In this document: positions 20,509-30,804 of the stretch, piece by piece
How positions within the stretch are numbered: position 1 is the first letter of the stretch
Layout: every line of letters begins with the position of its first letter
Assembly (NCBI GenBank): GCA_965204375.1
Contig: OZ241986.1
Coordinates: 1,216,001 to 1,280,000, forward strand
Direction: 5' to 3'
Length of the DNA: 64,000 nt
Source: Candidatus Latescibacterota bacterium
GTDB lineage: Bacteria; Latescibacterota; UBA2968
Notes under the pieces: generated by a model
Told to the model about the DNA's origin: nothing
What the model saw: only the letters and a program-made list of their open reading frames with translations
The model's database searches: none
Program-made: the position numbers and the translations under genes

Positions 20509-21624
20509 TTACAAAATATAGTGCCGTGGAAGACGCGTGCCGAGCAGGGAGACAACTTCGTGTGAGATATAATTTCCCCACTGGGCGAGGTCGTTCACGG
20601 TGATTTTGCGGTCGCCCTGTTGCCCGAGCAGTACGATTTCCTCGCCGACAGAAATGGGCGGTATATCGGTGACATCGATCATGATGACGTCCATGCAGAT
20701 CTCGCCGACAACCGGGCAAGGTTTTCCGCAGATGAGGACGTGGGATTTATTGGACATACGCCGATTGTACCCATCGGCATATCCCAGGGGCGCGAGGGCG
20801 ATGCGAGAGGGGCGCGTGAGGGTGTATGTGCCGCCGTAGCTGAGGGTTTGGCCGGCAGAAAAATTTCGCACTTGTATGATCCGCGCTTTGATGGATAGTG
20901 CAGGAGAAAGCGAGAGCGAGCCTGCACCTTGCGTCGGGGGAATGCCATAGGTGAGCAATCCCACGCGCACGAGGTCAAAATGCGATTCGGGCATGTGAAC
21001 GGTCATGACGCTGTTGGCGGCGTGACGCCAGGGAACAGAAATATCTGTGAGTTTAGACAGGCAGGCGGCAAATGTTTTGATCTGATGGCGCGCCTTGTCC
21101 ATGTCTTCTGCGCGTTCCCAGGCCACATGTGTTGCGATACCTTCGAGGAATAAGTGGGGATTCTGGGTAATTTTTTTTGCAAAGGCGCGCACCTCATCGG
21201 ATAATAGGCCAAGGCGGCCCATGCCGGTATCGACTTTGAGATGTATGCGGGCGCGTGTATTGTGGCGTTTGGCTGCGGCTTCCAGCGGTGGTATCGCGTC
21301 GGGATGACCGATGGTTTGAGACAGGTTGTGGGCAACGATGCTGTCGGCCTGTTCGGGCATTGTGGGTGCGAGGACGACAACGGGTGCTGTGATGCCCGCG
21401 CTGCGAAGGGCAACGCCTTCTTGCAGCAGGGCAACCCCGAGTGCAGACGCGCCGCCTTTGATGGCTGCTCTGGAAGCAGGTATGAGGCCATGGCCGTAGG
21501 CATTGGCTTTGACAATGGCCATGACCTGCGTTGTTGGCGAGATGAACTGACGGACTGCGGAAATATTTTTCGCAATGGCTGATAGATTTACTTCGAGCCA
21601 TGCGGGGCGATTGGGTTGGGGCAT
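20509..21624 (-). CDS. alr: Alanine racemase
   Basis: AIVKANAYGHG, HLKVDTGMGRLG, GYADG, CMD. Confidence 0.96.
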   Translation of the reverse strand: MPQPNRPAWLEVNLSAIAKNISAVRQFISPTTQVMAIVKANAYGHGLIPASRAAIKGGASALGVALLQEGVALRSAGITAPVVVLAPTMPEQADSIVAHNLSQTIGHPDAIPPLEAAAKRHNTRARIHLKVDTGMGRLGLLSDEVRAFAKKITQNPHLFLEGIATHVAWERAEDMDKARHQIKTFAACLSKLTDISVPWRHAANSVMTVHMPESHFDLVRVGLLTYGIPPTQGAGSLSLSPALSIKARIIQVRNFSAGQTLSYGGTYTLTRPSRIALAPLGYADGYNRRMSNKSHVLICGKPCPVVGEICMDVIMIDVTDIPPISVGEEIVLLGQQGDRKITVNDLAQWGNYISHEVVSLLGTRLPRHYIL

Positions 21625-24600
21625 TTAGTAGAGTACCTCAAAACGCGATCCCAGATCGGGATATTTGGTGACTTCGATGCGCACGGGAAATGCCTGTTTG
21701 AGCGATTCGACGTGGGTAATAATCAATATTTTTTCAAAATCCCCGCTGATGGCCTGGATGGCTTCCACGAGGTGATCGAGTCCTTCGGCATCCTGAGTGC
21801 CAAAGCCCTCGTCGATGACCAGGGTTCTCAGGCGCGTGCCTGTGCGCCGAGATAGGAGTTTAGACAGGGCAATGCGAATAGAAAAGTCAATGCGAAAAGC
21901 TTCCCCGCCCGAATAGAGTTCGTAGCTGCGTTCGCCGAGTTCGTCGCTAATTTTAATATCGAGGGTTTCGCGCGTTCCCCCGGTTTTGAGGTCGCGCAGA
22001 GATTCCAGGGCGATTTGAGTGCGGTTGTCCGTCAGGCGCGCGAGAATGCGATTGGCTTCTTCTTCAATTTCTGGAATGGCCTGTTCGATGATGAGTGCCT
22101 GAATGCCGTCTTTGCCAAATGCGGTGGTCAGTTCGCGGTAGATGCGGATATCGTGTTCGCAGGATTTGATTTTTTCCTCGACGGCGGTTTGTTCTGCGCT
22201 GAGTGCATCGCAGTGTTCAATTTGGGATTGCAGGGCGGCATTTTGCTGGAGCAGGTTGTCGCGCTGGGCGCGCATCTGTGCAATATTCTTTTCCAGAGTA
22301 TTGGCTTCTACAAGGGTTGATTCGGCACTGTTGATGGCTGCGACGATTTCTGTCAGGCGTTGTCGCGCTTGCTCGTTGTGCTCTGTGAGTTCTGTGAGGC
22401 GATTTTTTGCAGTGTTGAGTTGCGTTTGTGCATTTTCAAGGTCGCGTTCGGCCACTTGAAGGCGTTCGTATTGCGCGGGAGCATCTTGCAGGGCGGCGAG
22501 TTGCTGAGAGATGCGCTGGTGGTGTTCGGCATTGTAATTCAGAGTGCGGATGCGCTGGTGTACCTGTTCGCGTTCTGCTTGTTCATTGGGTGCGTATTTG
22601 GCCTCGTCCAGCCATTGTTGTGCGAGGTCGCGTTTTTCTCGAAATTCGGGCAGTTCTGCGAGGGCTTTTCCACGCTGTTCTGAGGCGAGTTGAAGTTGGG
22701 CATTTTGTGCCTCGACAGAGTCGAGTGCTTTGAGTTTTTCGCGCAGGGTGCGGTGTTCTGCCGGATTATAGGTGAAGTTTTCAAGCGCACTGCGGGCTTG
22801 GGATAGCGCGCGCGCGTCCGGGCTGTTCTGGGTTTGTTCGCGCAATTGAGTTTTCAGGGTGTTGATTTCAGCCGACAATGTCTCGCGGGTTTGCACGGCA
22901 TTTTCGGCTTCTTTTAGTGCGGCTTCGGCTTCGGCGAGGCGTTGGGCGATGCCTTCGCGCTGTGCGAGCTGGTTTTTAATCTCTTGATAGCGATGTCTGT
23001 GCTGTTCGCGTTCTGCTTCGGCTTTTTGAATATCTGATTCCAATTGTGTGATCTGCGTCTGTTGTTCTCGCAACTGCTTTGAGAGCTTTGTTCCTACTTC
23101 TTCGCGGTGGGTCTGGTCGAGTTCACTGCCGCACAGAGGACATGAAGCATCCCGAACATTTTGCAAGACTTGCTGCTGTTGGTCAATGTCTTCTCGGGTT
23201 TGGTGCAGGGTGTTGAGGCGTTCGTCGTTGTTTTCAATCTGAATTTTGAGGGTGCTGCCTCTGTTGCGAATCTCATCGCGTTTGGCTTCGAGAGATTGGA
23301 TTTCTTCGGCTTGCACGCGGAAGGATTGCCGCGTTTCTCGGCGCGTTTCAATGTCGGCCACCAGCACATCGGTTTGCTGTTTGTGATGTATGTGGGTGTT
23401 GATCTCTACTTTTATATTTTCAATCGCACTGTCTATTTGTCGCTCGAGGTCCCGGATATTGCGCTCAACGCGCTCCCGGTTTTCGCGCATCTCTTCCCAT
23501 TCGCGGTCCTGTTGCCTGGCTTTGTGCAATGCTTCGAGTTGTGTTTGAATGGTTTGGCGGTCGGAGAGAAGAGCTTCTGTTTCCCGCAATATGCGTTCTG
23601 AATCTCCAATGCGTATTTGCCATTCGCCAAGGCGGCGTTCCACTTCGTGACGCTGGTCGGCGATTTTTTGATCGAGTTCTCCTGCGCGTTTCTCAAGTGG
23701 CCTCAGCGTGTGTAGTTTTGTTTGCAGGTCTGCGTCTTCTTTTTGGAGTGCCCGATATTTTTCGGTGGCATTTGTGATTTCGGCGCGTCTGTCGAGGATT
23801 TCGCGATAGGCTGCCACGCCTTGTTGCGCTTTTTTACGCGCGGTTTGTTGTTCCTTCAAGTCCGATTCGATGCGCGATATTTCTTTTTGGAGTGCCTCGC
23901 GTTCGGCTTCATGACGTTCGCGTTGGGTGCGTATCTTTCTCAGTGCTTCGCGGCGATTTTCCGCGTTTTCCAATTCGCTATTGCAGGCCTGGAGTTGTGC
24001 GTTGACGCTATCGCGCTGTGCGACAAATTCATCGCGTTTTTCAATGGTCTGCGCGATGTCATCTCTTTTTGCGCGAGCGGTTGCAAGTTCTATATCTCCC
24101 TCGCGTGCGTGTTCTCGCGCCAGAGAAGACAGGTCGTCGTAATGCGATAGGCCGAGAATATCTGAGAGAAGGGCTTTTCGCTGGCTCGCTTTGCAGCGCG
24201 TAAATTCGTCTGCGCGACCCTGAAGGAGAAAGGCCGAGTTGATAAAGGTTTCATAAGTCATTCTCAACAGGGTGTCAATACTGGCCTGTGTTTGGCGCAC
24301 AGCACTTTCTTCCGAGAGGGTTTTGTATGCGTTTGTTTCTGGCGAGTAAATCTGAAATTCGAGGCGGGTGGTCGCGCTTTTGCGGGTTTTGCGAAAGCTG
24401 CGGCTGATGCGATAGCGGTCATTTTCGAGGAAAAATTCAAAATCGACCCGCATTTCAGTGGTGCCAATCCGCAGCAGGCCGTCGTTGGGACGGCGTTCAC
24501 TGCCAGATTTGCGGGCTTCTCCCCACAGTGCCCAGGTGATGGCATCGAGCAGGGCGGATTTGCCGTGCCCATTGCGACCGGATATGCAGGCGACGTGAAA

Positions 24601-24675
24601 GCCCGAAAAGTCGAGGGGGGGCACGTTTTCGCCGTAGCTGAGAAAGTTCTGCAGGGAAAGGCTTATGGGAATCAT
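21625..24675 (-). CDS. sbcC: SbcC/Rad50 SMC-family ATPase
   Basis: GRNGHGKS Walker A, coiled coils, CPLC zinc hook, YSGGE signature, IDEGFG. Confidence 0.95.
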   Translation of the reverse strand: MIPISLSLQNFLSYGENVPPLDFSGFHVACISGRNGHGKSALLDAITWALWGEARKSGSERRPNDGLLRIGTTEMRVDFEFFLENDRYRISRSFRKTRKSATTRLEFQIYSPETNAYKTLSEESAVRQTQASIDTLLRMTYETFINSAFLLQGRADEFTRCKASQRKALLSDILGLSHYDDLSSLAREHAREGDIELATARAKRDDIAQTIEKRDEFVAQRDSVNAQLQACNSELENAENRREALRKIRTQRERHEAEREALQKEISRIESDLKEQQTARKKAQQGVAAYREILDRRAEITNATEKYRALQKEDADLQTKLHTLRPLEKRAGELDQKIADQRHEVERRLGEWQIRIGDSERILRETEALLSDRQTIQTQLEALHKARQQDREWEEMRENRERVERNIRDLERQIDSAIENIKVEINTHIHHKQQTDVLVADIETRRETRQSFRVQAEEIQSLEAKRDEIRNRGSTLKIQIENNDERLNTLHQTREDIDQQQQVLQNVRDASCPLCGSELDQTHREEVGTKLSKQLREQQTQITQLESDIQKAEAEREQHRHRYQEIKNQLAQREGIAQRLAEAEAALKEAENAVQTRETLSAEINTLKTQLREQTQNSPDARALSQARSALENFTYNPAEHRTLREKLKALDSVEAQNAQLQLASEQRGKALAELPEFREKRDLAQQWLDEAKYAPNEQAEREQVHQRIRTLNYNAEHHQRISQQLAALQDAPAQYERLQVAERDLENAQTQLNTAKNRLTELTEHNEQARQRLTEIVAAINSAESTLVEANTLEKNIAQMRAQRDNLLQQNAALQSQIEHCDALSAEQTAVEEKIKSCEHDIRIYRELTTAFGKDGIQALIIEQAIPEIEEEANRILARLTDNRTQIALESLRDLKTGGTRETLDIKISDELGERSYELYSGGEAFRIDFSIRIALSKLLSRRTGTRLRTLVIDEGFGTQDAEGLDHLVEAIQAISGDFEKILIITHVESLKQAFPVRIEVTKYPDLGSRFEVLY

Positions 24676-25913
24676 TCGCTACCTCTGAGTTCTGCTTCGA
24701 GTTGCGCGCCGTAATTCTGAAGGTCTTTTTCGATGTCTTTGAGGTCGGGGTGATTTTGCAAATATGCGTGGAGCGCGTCTTTTATGCCCATATCTTCTGA
24801 AATATTGGCTCTGCGCTGGTGTTTTTGTGCCCTGGGTTTGGGCGCAATGCTGGCGATCATGAACGCGTCTTTGAGCGCGTTTTTGACGGCTTTGAGGTCA
24901 ACGGTGTCTGTGCGTTCACCGGGCAAATCGTAGATGACGCGCACAATGGCATCGGTCAGGATGTGTTTGTCGATGGCTTCGAGTATGGCTGTTGTAGGGT
25001 CCTGATCTGGGTCGATATCAACCGATACCGTGCAAAATGGGCGAGCCGGCGTGCTTACAAATTTGTAAGATGTCGTCCGCCCTGTTTCCTGAGTCTCTAT
25101 TGTAACCAGGACGACGCCTTTGGTTTCTCGCTCTTCGCCAAAATCAATGCGTTCAATGCTGCCGGAATACACGACCGGGGGCTGGGCATTGGGGTTGAGG
25201 TCCTGAAATTTGTGGATATGACCCAGGGCGACGTAGTCAAAGGCGGGATTGGCGAGTGTGCTGGTGAGAAAAACGGGATCGCGTCCAATTATTGCGGTTT
25301 GTTCAGATCCGGACAAGGTGGCGTCAGCAGCAGCGAGGTGGCCCGCGAGAACGGCGGGGATATCGGGCTTGATCTGTGTGACCAGGTTTTCAATCAGGAG
25401 GGCACCCAGGTCTTGAAGTTTTTCGACGACTTCTTCTTGCGACAGGTTGTGATAAGGCCCCTGGGTCAACAGGCGGCTGCGGTGTAGCCAGGGTAAGCAA
25501 GCAACTTGAACAGGTCCAGATTTTGTGTCAATGGGGATGAGGCGGTCTTCAGAGGCAATATAGACGCCTCTGGTGCCCAGTGTGCCAAAGATGTCAACAG
25601 ATGAGGCTTTGCCATAAGATACGGGGCTGTCGTGATTGCCCGTGATCATGACAATAGGAATTTCGCGGGCGCTGAGCATGTGAATGAGGGATGCAAATTC
25701 GCGCTGGTGTGTAGGCGTGGGGTCGCATGAGCGATAGGCGTCACCGGCAAAGATGACGAGATCGACCTCTTCTCTTATGGCTTCTTCAAACGCAAATCGA
25801 AGACTTTTGATAAAGTCTTGCAAGCGCGTGTGAAGACCCGTACCTGAATCGAGGCGGCCGTAGTTTTCAACGCCAATATGGGTGTCGGCAACGTGTAGAA
25901 ATTTGATGGACAT
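24672..25913 (-). CDS. sbcD: SbcD/Mre11 nuclease
   Basis: DTHIG, AGD, GNHD, ALGHIH motifs; overlaps sbcC. Confidence 0.95.
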   Translation of the reverse strand: MSIKFLHVADTHIGVENYGRLDSGTGLHTRLQDFIKSLRFAFEEAIREEVDLVIFAGDAYRSCDPTPTHQREFASLIHMLSAREIPIVMITGNHDSPVSYGKASSVDIFGTLGTRGVYIASEDRLIPIDTKSGPVQVACLPWLHRSRLLTQGPYHNLSQEEVVEKLQDLGALLIENLVTQIKPDIPAVLAGHLAAADATLSGSEQTAIIGRDPVFLTSTLANPAFDYVALGHIHKFQDLNPNAQPPVVYSGSIERIDFGEERETKGVVLVTIETQETGRTTSYKFVSTPARPFCTVSVDIDPDQDPTTAILEAIDKHILTDAIVRVIYDLPGERTDTVDLKAVKNALKDAFMIASIAPKPRAQKHQRRANISEDMGIKDALHAYLQNHPDLKDIEKDLQNYGAQLEAELRGSE

Positions 25914-26017
25914 AATAAGAGCGGTTATTATGGGGAGGGAGAGGATAGGGGAAATTTAAAGAAGAAATAAGAACGTGGAAAGAGCAAAGTTGCACACAGC
26001 ACAGGCGCGGGCTTCTC

Positions 26018-27835
26018 TTACGGTCTTAATTCTGGCGTGAGTTTCACTTTAATCTGCAGATTTGTGACGTCTGTGATGTGGATTGCCAGTTTTCTGCGGC
26101 CCTCGTTATCGGCTTGTTTGGGATTGGGGGAGGTGGGTAAAGGGGTTGCGCCGAGGACTGTGAATATTGCGTCGGAGGGCGATAAAATTTCCGCTTTGAG
26201 ATGTTTGCCTCCGCGCGTTAGAAGGGCGGTTTGTCCGTCGAGTTTGACACTGGCTCTCGTGTGCATGAACCACCAGAGTTCAGATGGTGATTTGGCTTCA
26301 ATGTCATCGGTAATTACGACATGATTTTGGTCAATTATCTCAAAGGTGCGTTGCGCGCGTGTCACATCGTCGGTATAAACATCGGTGAGGTCGAGAACAG
26401 CAGTCGCACGATTGGGCGCGGCATTGAAGGCGGTGATGGGACATTCGGCTTTGGGATTTTGATCCGGACCATTGCCGGGGTTGAATACCAGGGTGTTGTG
26501 GCCTTCGGCGCGGATGCGGTAGAATTCCCACCGTTGGCGTTTGTTGCGGTGTCTTTGATAGGTTTCGCGTTCTGTACCCGAGTCGATAGCCCATCGCTCG
26601 CCGAGTGCTTCGAGGATGAATGTGCCCTGATCGAGGTGCCGGTGCATGCCAAGATTGTAATTGCCGCCGGCCTGAATGCCCAGCACGAGGGCATGGGGAT
26701 CTGCCCACGATGTGCGGAATGTGGCGACATCGGCTTTGCGAAAGTGTTTGTTAAGAGGTAAGGTATTGGGGTCAAAGTCTTTTGCGCTATCGTCGAACCA
26801 CAGCAAGTCGAGCACTGTTCCCCTGCCGTGTTGTCTGAGCGTATCGTAGCGAAACCAACTGTAGTTTTGTATGCCGTAGTGCTTGCCCATCCAGAAGTGC
26901 ATGGGGGTACTCATGCGCCGCAACCCGCAATCGGCAAAGTCAAAACTGTAGCGGTCTGCACCCGAAATGTAAATCTGGTAGTCCCCGCTCTCTTTGAACC
27001 CGGGGGTGGCTGCGAGATCAAAATCGGTTCCGAGAGCGCTGAACAGGCTGGACAAAAAGAGCACGTTGTAACGCGCACCATAATCCCAATAGGTCACGCC
27101 TTCGATACCCGCGCCATCGGGCGCGTAGAAATTCATCGCCATCGGAATGTTTTTGATGCCCGCGTGGAGAATTTCGCTGGCGAGTTCTGGTTCTTCATCG
27201 GCGATGGCGAGCGCGCCCATGCCAAGCCCACCGTTGCAGACCTGGTTCCAATTGTTGTGGCTGCGCGCCCACCAGGCGTTTTCGCGATAGCCTTTTAAGC
27301 CGGGTTTGAGGCCTTTTTCCACTATGGCACTGCGAAGGATGTGACGCTGGTCTTCTGTCCAGTGGTCGTATAACCAGTCGTATCCAACGGCAAAAGCATA
27401 GGTCATTTCTGCGGTGTCGAGAAAGTGATCGGGATTCCAGTCTTTGAATTGCGCTGCGGCTTCGAGTTCGGCCCAGGCGCGTTCCAGATGGCGTTGTTCG
27501 CCTTCCATGAGATAGACAAAGGCGAGCAGGCGCACGCGCTCTTTCACGCGACGGCTGGTGGAGAGCAAGCGCCTTCCGTCCGGGATGCTGTATTCCGATG
27601 GTTTTTGCTCGAATATTTCCCGGGCTTCTCGCTTGACCCTGCGATAGATTTTTGCGGCGACCGTATCTTGAGCGATTTGCTCTTTGATGCGTGCGAGGAT
27701 GTTTGCATCTATCATCAGACGCGGATGGTCGGGTTTCAGGGTCGTTAGAATTTGATCCCTATCCGGGGGAGTGAATGCTTCTGCATTTGTTTGGATACTC
27801 AGCATGAGGATAATTATTGCGGCGATTGATTTCAT
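26018..27835 (-). CDS. Secreted heparinase II/III-like polysaccharide lyase
   Basis: Signal peptide; HPRL, NNWNQV, EGVTYWDYG, HRHLDQGTF, GHNTL. Confidence 0.85.
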   Translation of the reverse strand: MKSIAAIIILMLSIQTNAEAFTPPDRDQILTTLKPDHPRLMIDANILARIKEQIAQDTVAAKIYRRVKREAREIFEQKPSEYSIPDGRRLLSTSRRVKERVRLLAFVYLMEGEQRHLERAWAELEAAAQFKDWNPDHFLDTAEMTYAFAVGYDWLYDHWTEDQRHILRSAIVEKGLKPGLKGYRENAWWARSHNNWNQVCNGGLGMGALAIADEEPELASEILHAGIKNIPMAMNFYAPDGAGIEGVTYWDYGARYNVLFLSSLFSALGTDFDLAATPGFKESGDYQIYISGADRYSFDFADCGLRRMSTPMHFWMGKHYGIQNYSWFRYDTLRQHGRGTVLDLLWFDDSAKDFDPNTLPLNKHFRKADVATFRTSWADPHALVLGIQAGGNYNLGMHRHLDQGTFILEALGERWAIDSGTERETYQRHRNKRQRWEFYRIRAEGHNTLVFNPGNGPDQNPKAECPITAFNAAPNRATAVLDLTDVYTDDVTRAQRTFEIIDQNHVVITDDIEAKSPSELWWFMHTRASVKLDGQTALLTRGGKHLKAEILSPSDAIFTVLGATPLPTSPNPKQADNEGRRKLAIHITDVTNLQIKVKLTPELRP

Positions 27836-27916
27836 GATGTGTTTTTAACGACAACGAGTTCGCCCAGCCTTACCGAGCGAACCCGTTTGGTTATGACCTG
27901 AGACTTTTACAGGCAT

Positions 27917-28669
27917 TTAGCTGTCGGTATTTACCTTAACGCCTTTTTTTGTTAAGGCGGGAATATGCGTCTTCATCGATGCCTCGTCCAGAGCGTTGCG
28001 CCTGATATTCAGTGTTGCCAGATTGGCCAGTCCAGCAGCCGGTGCGATATCGGCGACTTTGTTGTTGGCGAGGTTCAGGGTTTTCAACTCAGCCATCCCC
28101 GATACTGCCGAAATATCCGAGACTTTGTTGCCAGAGAGATTCAGCGTTCTCAATTTGGTCAAGCCCGACAATGCCGAAATATCCATGACGTTGCGGTTCG
28201 CATTGAGATTCAGGTTTCTCAGGTTGGTTAATTTAGCAAGTGCTGAGACGTCGGAGACATTATTGCGGGTAAGGTTTAGTGTTCTCAGTTTTTTCAAGCC
28301 GGAAAGTGCCGAGACGTCGGAGACGGCGTTGCTGTTGACGACCTTATTCTCTACACGCGTAGCACCGAGGTTCAGTACTGTCAAATTTTTTGCATGCTCG
28401 AGTCCGCTCAAATCGCTGATGTTTGCATTTTGCGCGACAAGGCGTCTCAATTTCGCCATGTCAGCCGTGGTAATCACCGCATCGCTCGCCATGCTCAGGG
28501 AATCTGCAATGACCGCACGCAGATTGGCGTCGGGGATCATGACTGGTTTTGGCTCCATTTTTTTAGCGGCACTCTCTTGCTCGCTCTTCAGGTGATGGCC
28601 CGCGTCACTCGCGCTATAGCTAAATGCAATGAAGAGTGCGAGGATCAGGGGGAGATGTCGATACTTCAT
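27917..28669 (-). CDS. Secreted internalin-like leucine-rich-repeat protein
   Basis: Signal peptide MKYRHLPLILALF; IPDANLR cap; 22-aa repeats of the type LxxLxLxxNxVSDxSALxxL. Confidence 0.88.
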   Translation of the reverse strand: MKYRHLPLILALFIAFSYSASDAGHHLKSEQESAAKKMEPKPVMIPDANLRAVIADSLSMASDAVITTADMAKLRRLVAQNANISDLSGLEHAKNLTVLNLGATRVENKVVNSNAVSDVSALSGLKKLRTLNLTRNNVSDVSALAKLTNLRNLNLNANRNVMDISALSGLTKLRTLNLSGNKVSDISAVSGMAELKTLNLANNKVADIAPAAGLANLATLNIRRNALDEASMKTHIPALTKKGVKVNTDS

Positions 28670-28880
28670 GGTTTTTTCCTCCAGATGGGGGTGAATGAGG
28701 CACGCAAAGTGCCCGTACTGAATCGATGAGATACTGAGCACATGTGACGTAACAACTTTTGAGAGATTTCCTCCTTTCTGTTGTGAATTCGCGTTCTTAT
28801 GTGCTCTAATCAAACGGATAATAATATAAAAGAGGTTGATTAGTCAATAAAAAATAACAGGTGAGAGAAGAAGGGGATGA

Positions 28881-30629
28881 CTAACGCTTGAGGTCGAGTT
28901 GTGCCGACCACGAGGAGGTGCGGTGGTGGCTGTAGCGCGTTGACAGGCGGAAATGCGCGGTAGCCCAGGTGAGACGCAGACCGCGATTGGTGCCGTCTCC
29001 CGAGAGGGTGAGCAGGCGTATGACGCCCCAGACATCGGGTTCGATGTCGTAAATACGCGCGTTGTAGGATGAGATTTTGTGGTGGGTGGCCCATAGTGCG
29101 AGGGAGAATCCCGTTGATTTGCCGAGTTGGAGGCGAAGTCCGGCGGCATTTCCCGATGTACCGGCGTGAGCGCGCTGAAGCCAGGCGGTCATGGCGCGGG
29201 TAGGGCGTTTGTAGATGAGCGAAAGGCGAAGGCTTTGGCGAGGCACGCGATTTGTCGCGCTTCTGGTATCGGCGGTCAGGCGTGCAGAAAAACCTCTGCT
29301 GAAGCGGTGGGTAAAATTGAGCCGCAGGCGAGCGCCTCGTTCTGGCAGTGCGCTTTTTTCTGGCCTGAGCTGACCGTGGCGGTCGAGGGCGATATCGATG
29401 CGTTGGCGTTTTGATATGCGCCAGGTCAGGCCAAAGAATGCGCCCCATTCGTTGTTGGGGGGAGAGCTATAGGCGGCATAAGGTGCGCCGTGCAAGCTGT
29501 GGAAATTGGCGCCATAGCATCTGCCAATGAGGTGAAGACGCAGGATGGGCGTGCCAGCGACGAGGCCAGTTATAAAAGCTCTGGGGGCGATTTCGCCAAA
29601 CAGGGCGATGTGGTCCGTGCGGTAGAGGGCGTTGAGGCTGAATAACATGCCTGCCTGAGCAGTGCGCGGCACGGCGGATTCGCTGGCTATGTCGGACGCG
29701 ACAGGTGAGAAGGCCGTGTTGAGGATTGTCAATCCAATGCGTTTTTGCGAGGAGCCAATGGCTATGTTCGCGCCTGTAAGACGTTCGCGAAGCGCGTTTT
29801 TACGCGCCTGTGAGGTTTCGGTGTGGTGAAGGCCGCTGGTGTAGATGCGCGTGTCTGATCCAAAGGTCGCATCCCAGGCCATTCGGCCATACATCAGGCT
29901 CCAGAGCAGGTGGGTATGTGAGCCGCTCAGGTAAATGCCGCGCAGGGCACCGTGTTCTGTGCTGGTGCGGTTGCCCAGTTGCGTGGCGGTGCGGGCGCGT
30001 GCATAGCTCAAGCCGGTCGCACTGCGTGTGCGGCGCGAAAGGAGCAACCCTTGTCCCCATTCTGGACGCACATCTCCCAGGATGATGTTGACGCGAGAGA
30101 GAGGCAGGGCAATATAGCCGGTTACATGATCGGTAAGAGTCGGTTCTTCTGGGTCGCGTTCGGTGAGAAAAAAGGCAGATAGGTGTGTGGGCGAAGCGAT
30201 TTCGAGGCGCTGATAGAGGCGCATGTCGGCAAAGCTATTGGCGCGTTTGGAAGGACGCGAGACGCGGGATGTGTATTGCAAACGCCATGGACGTGGGGGT
30301 GCAATGGACAGATAGGGCGTGATGAGATCGATGTGTTCTTCCGATAAGCCCTGCACATGGGCGAGTTCTGCAAGGGTGCGATAGGGGCGATGGGCAATGA
30401 TTCGACGGGCGAGTTCTGGCGTGAGACCGGGCAGAATGAGCAGGTCTTTCGCACTTGCGCGATTGAGTTCGAGGCTTATGCCTTCGAGGTCGCGTAACAA
30501 GTCGTTATAAGCTTCGGCTTCGCTTTCGGTGTAGATGGCGGACGGTTGCGCGAATAGGAGTGCGGGAAGGCACAGGGTGAACACAATGTGCCATGCGAGC
30601 GTGCGGATGTGAAAGATGTGTTCTGGCAT
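28881..30629 (-). CDS. ComEA-like helix-hairpin-helix protein with probable C-terminal beta-barrel
   Basis: LNRASAKDLLILPGL...IIAHRPY HhH motif; ERDPEEP and GQGLLL motifs; beta-rich C-terminus. Confidence 0.75.
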   Translation of the reverse strand: MPEHIFHIRTLAWHIVFTLCLPALLFAQPSAIYTESEAEAYNDLLRDLEGISLELNRASAKDLLILPGLTPELARRIIAHRPYRTLAELAHVQGLSEEHIDLITPYLSIAPPRPWRLQYTSRVSRPSKRANSFADMRLYQRLEIASPTHLSAFFLTERDPEEPTLTDHVTGYIALPLSRVNIILGDVRPEWGQGLLLSRRTRSATGLSYARARTATQLGNRTSTEHGALRGIYLSGSHTHLLWSLMYGRMAWDATFGSDTRIYTSGLHHTETSQARKNALRERLTGANIAIGSSQKRIGLTILNTAFSPVASDIASESAVPRTAQAGMLFSLNALYRTDHIALFGEIAPRAFITGLVAGTPILRLHLIGRCYGANFHSLHGAPYAAYSSPPNNEWGAFFGLTWRISKRQRIDIALDRHGQLRPEKSALPERGARLRLNFTHRFSRGFSARLTADTRSATNRVPRQSLRLSLIYKRPTRAMTAWLQRAHAGTSGNAAGLRLQLGKSTGFSLALWATHHKISSYNARIYDIEPDVWGVIRLLTLSGDGTNRGLRLTWATAHFRLSTRYSHHRTSSWSAQLDLKR

Positions 30630-30713
30630 TAGGACCGTTTGCGATGTAAAGGTCTGTATTTACAGTAGATTGCTTTATTACTGCAATAGACCTTAAGCAA
30701 ACGGTATGCCAGA
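30622..30713. promoter_or_regulatory. ~90-nt imperfect palindrome containing a sigma54-type -24/-12 motif on the minus strand
   Basis: Arms TCTGGCAT..ACCGTTTGC..AAGGTCT..CAGTA and TACTG..AGACCTT..GCAAACGGT ATGCCAGA; minus strand reads TGGCAT-ACCGT-TTGCT. Confidence 0.55.
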
Positions 30714-30715
30714 GG

Positions 30716-30804
30716 AATTAAAAATTAAAAATTAAAAATTGAGAAGCTCTCAACCAGTCCCCAGTCTCTCTTTTTTATCTGCGTCCATCTGCGTCCATCT
30801 GCGG
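30716..30804. repeat. Cluster of short tandem repeats
   Basis: (AATTAAA)x3, CCAGTCCCCAGTC, and (ATCTGCGTCC)x2 plus ATCTGCGG overlapping the 3' end of the adjacent gene. Confidence 0.75.

Noticed and set aside
20432-20719. 96-aa N-terminal extension of the DUF4837-like gene overlapping alr
   Set aside because: The lipoprotein signal peptide begins at ATG 20431; the extension is an ORF-calling artefact.
21625-25913. SbcCD as a Wadjet- or Lamassu-type SMC defence system
   Set aside because: It is a canonical sbcD-sbcC pair with a zinc hook in a housekeeping context, with no effector genes.
27990-28440. 66-bp periodic DNA repeats as a CRISPR array
   Set aside because: They are degenerate in-frame LRR codons, with no repeat-spacer structure and no cas genes.
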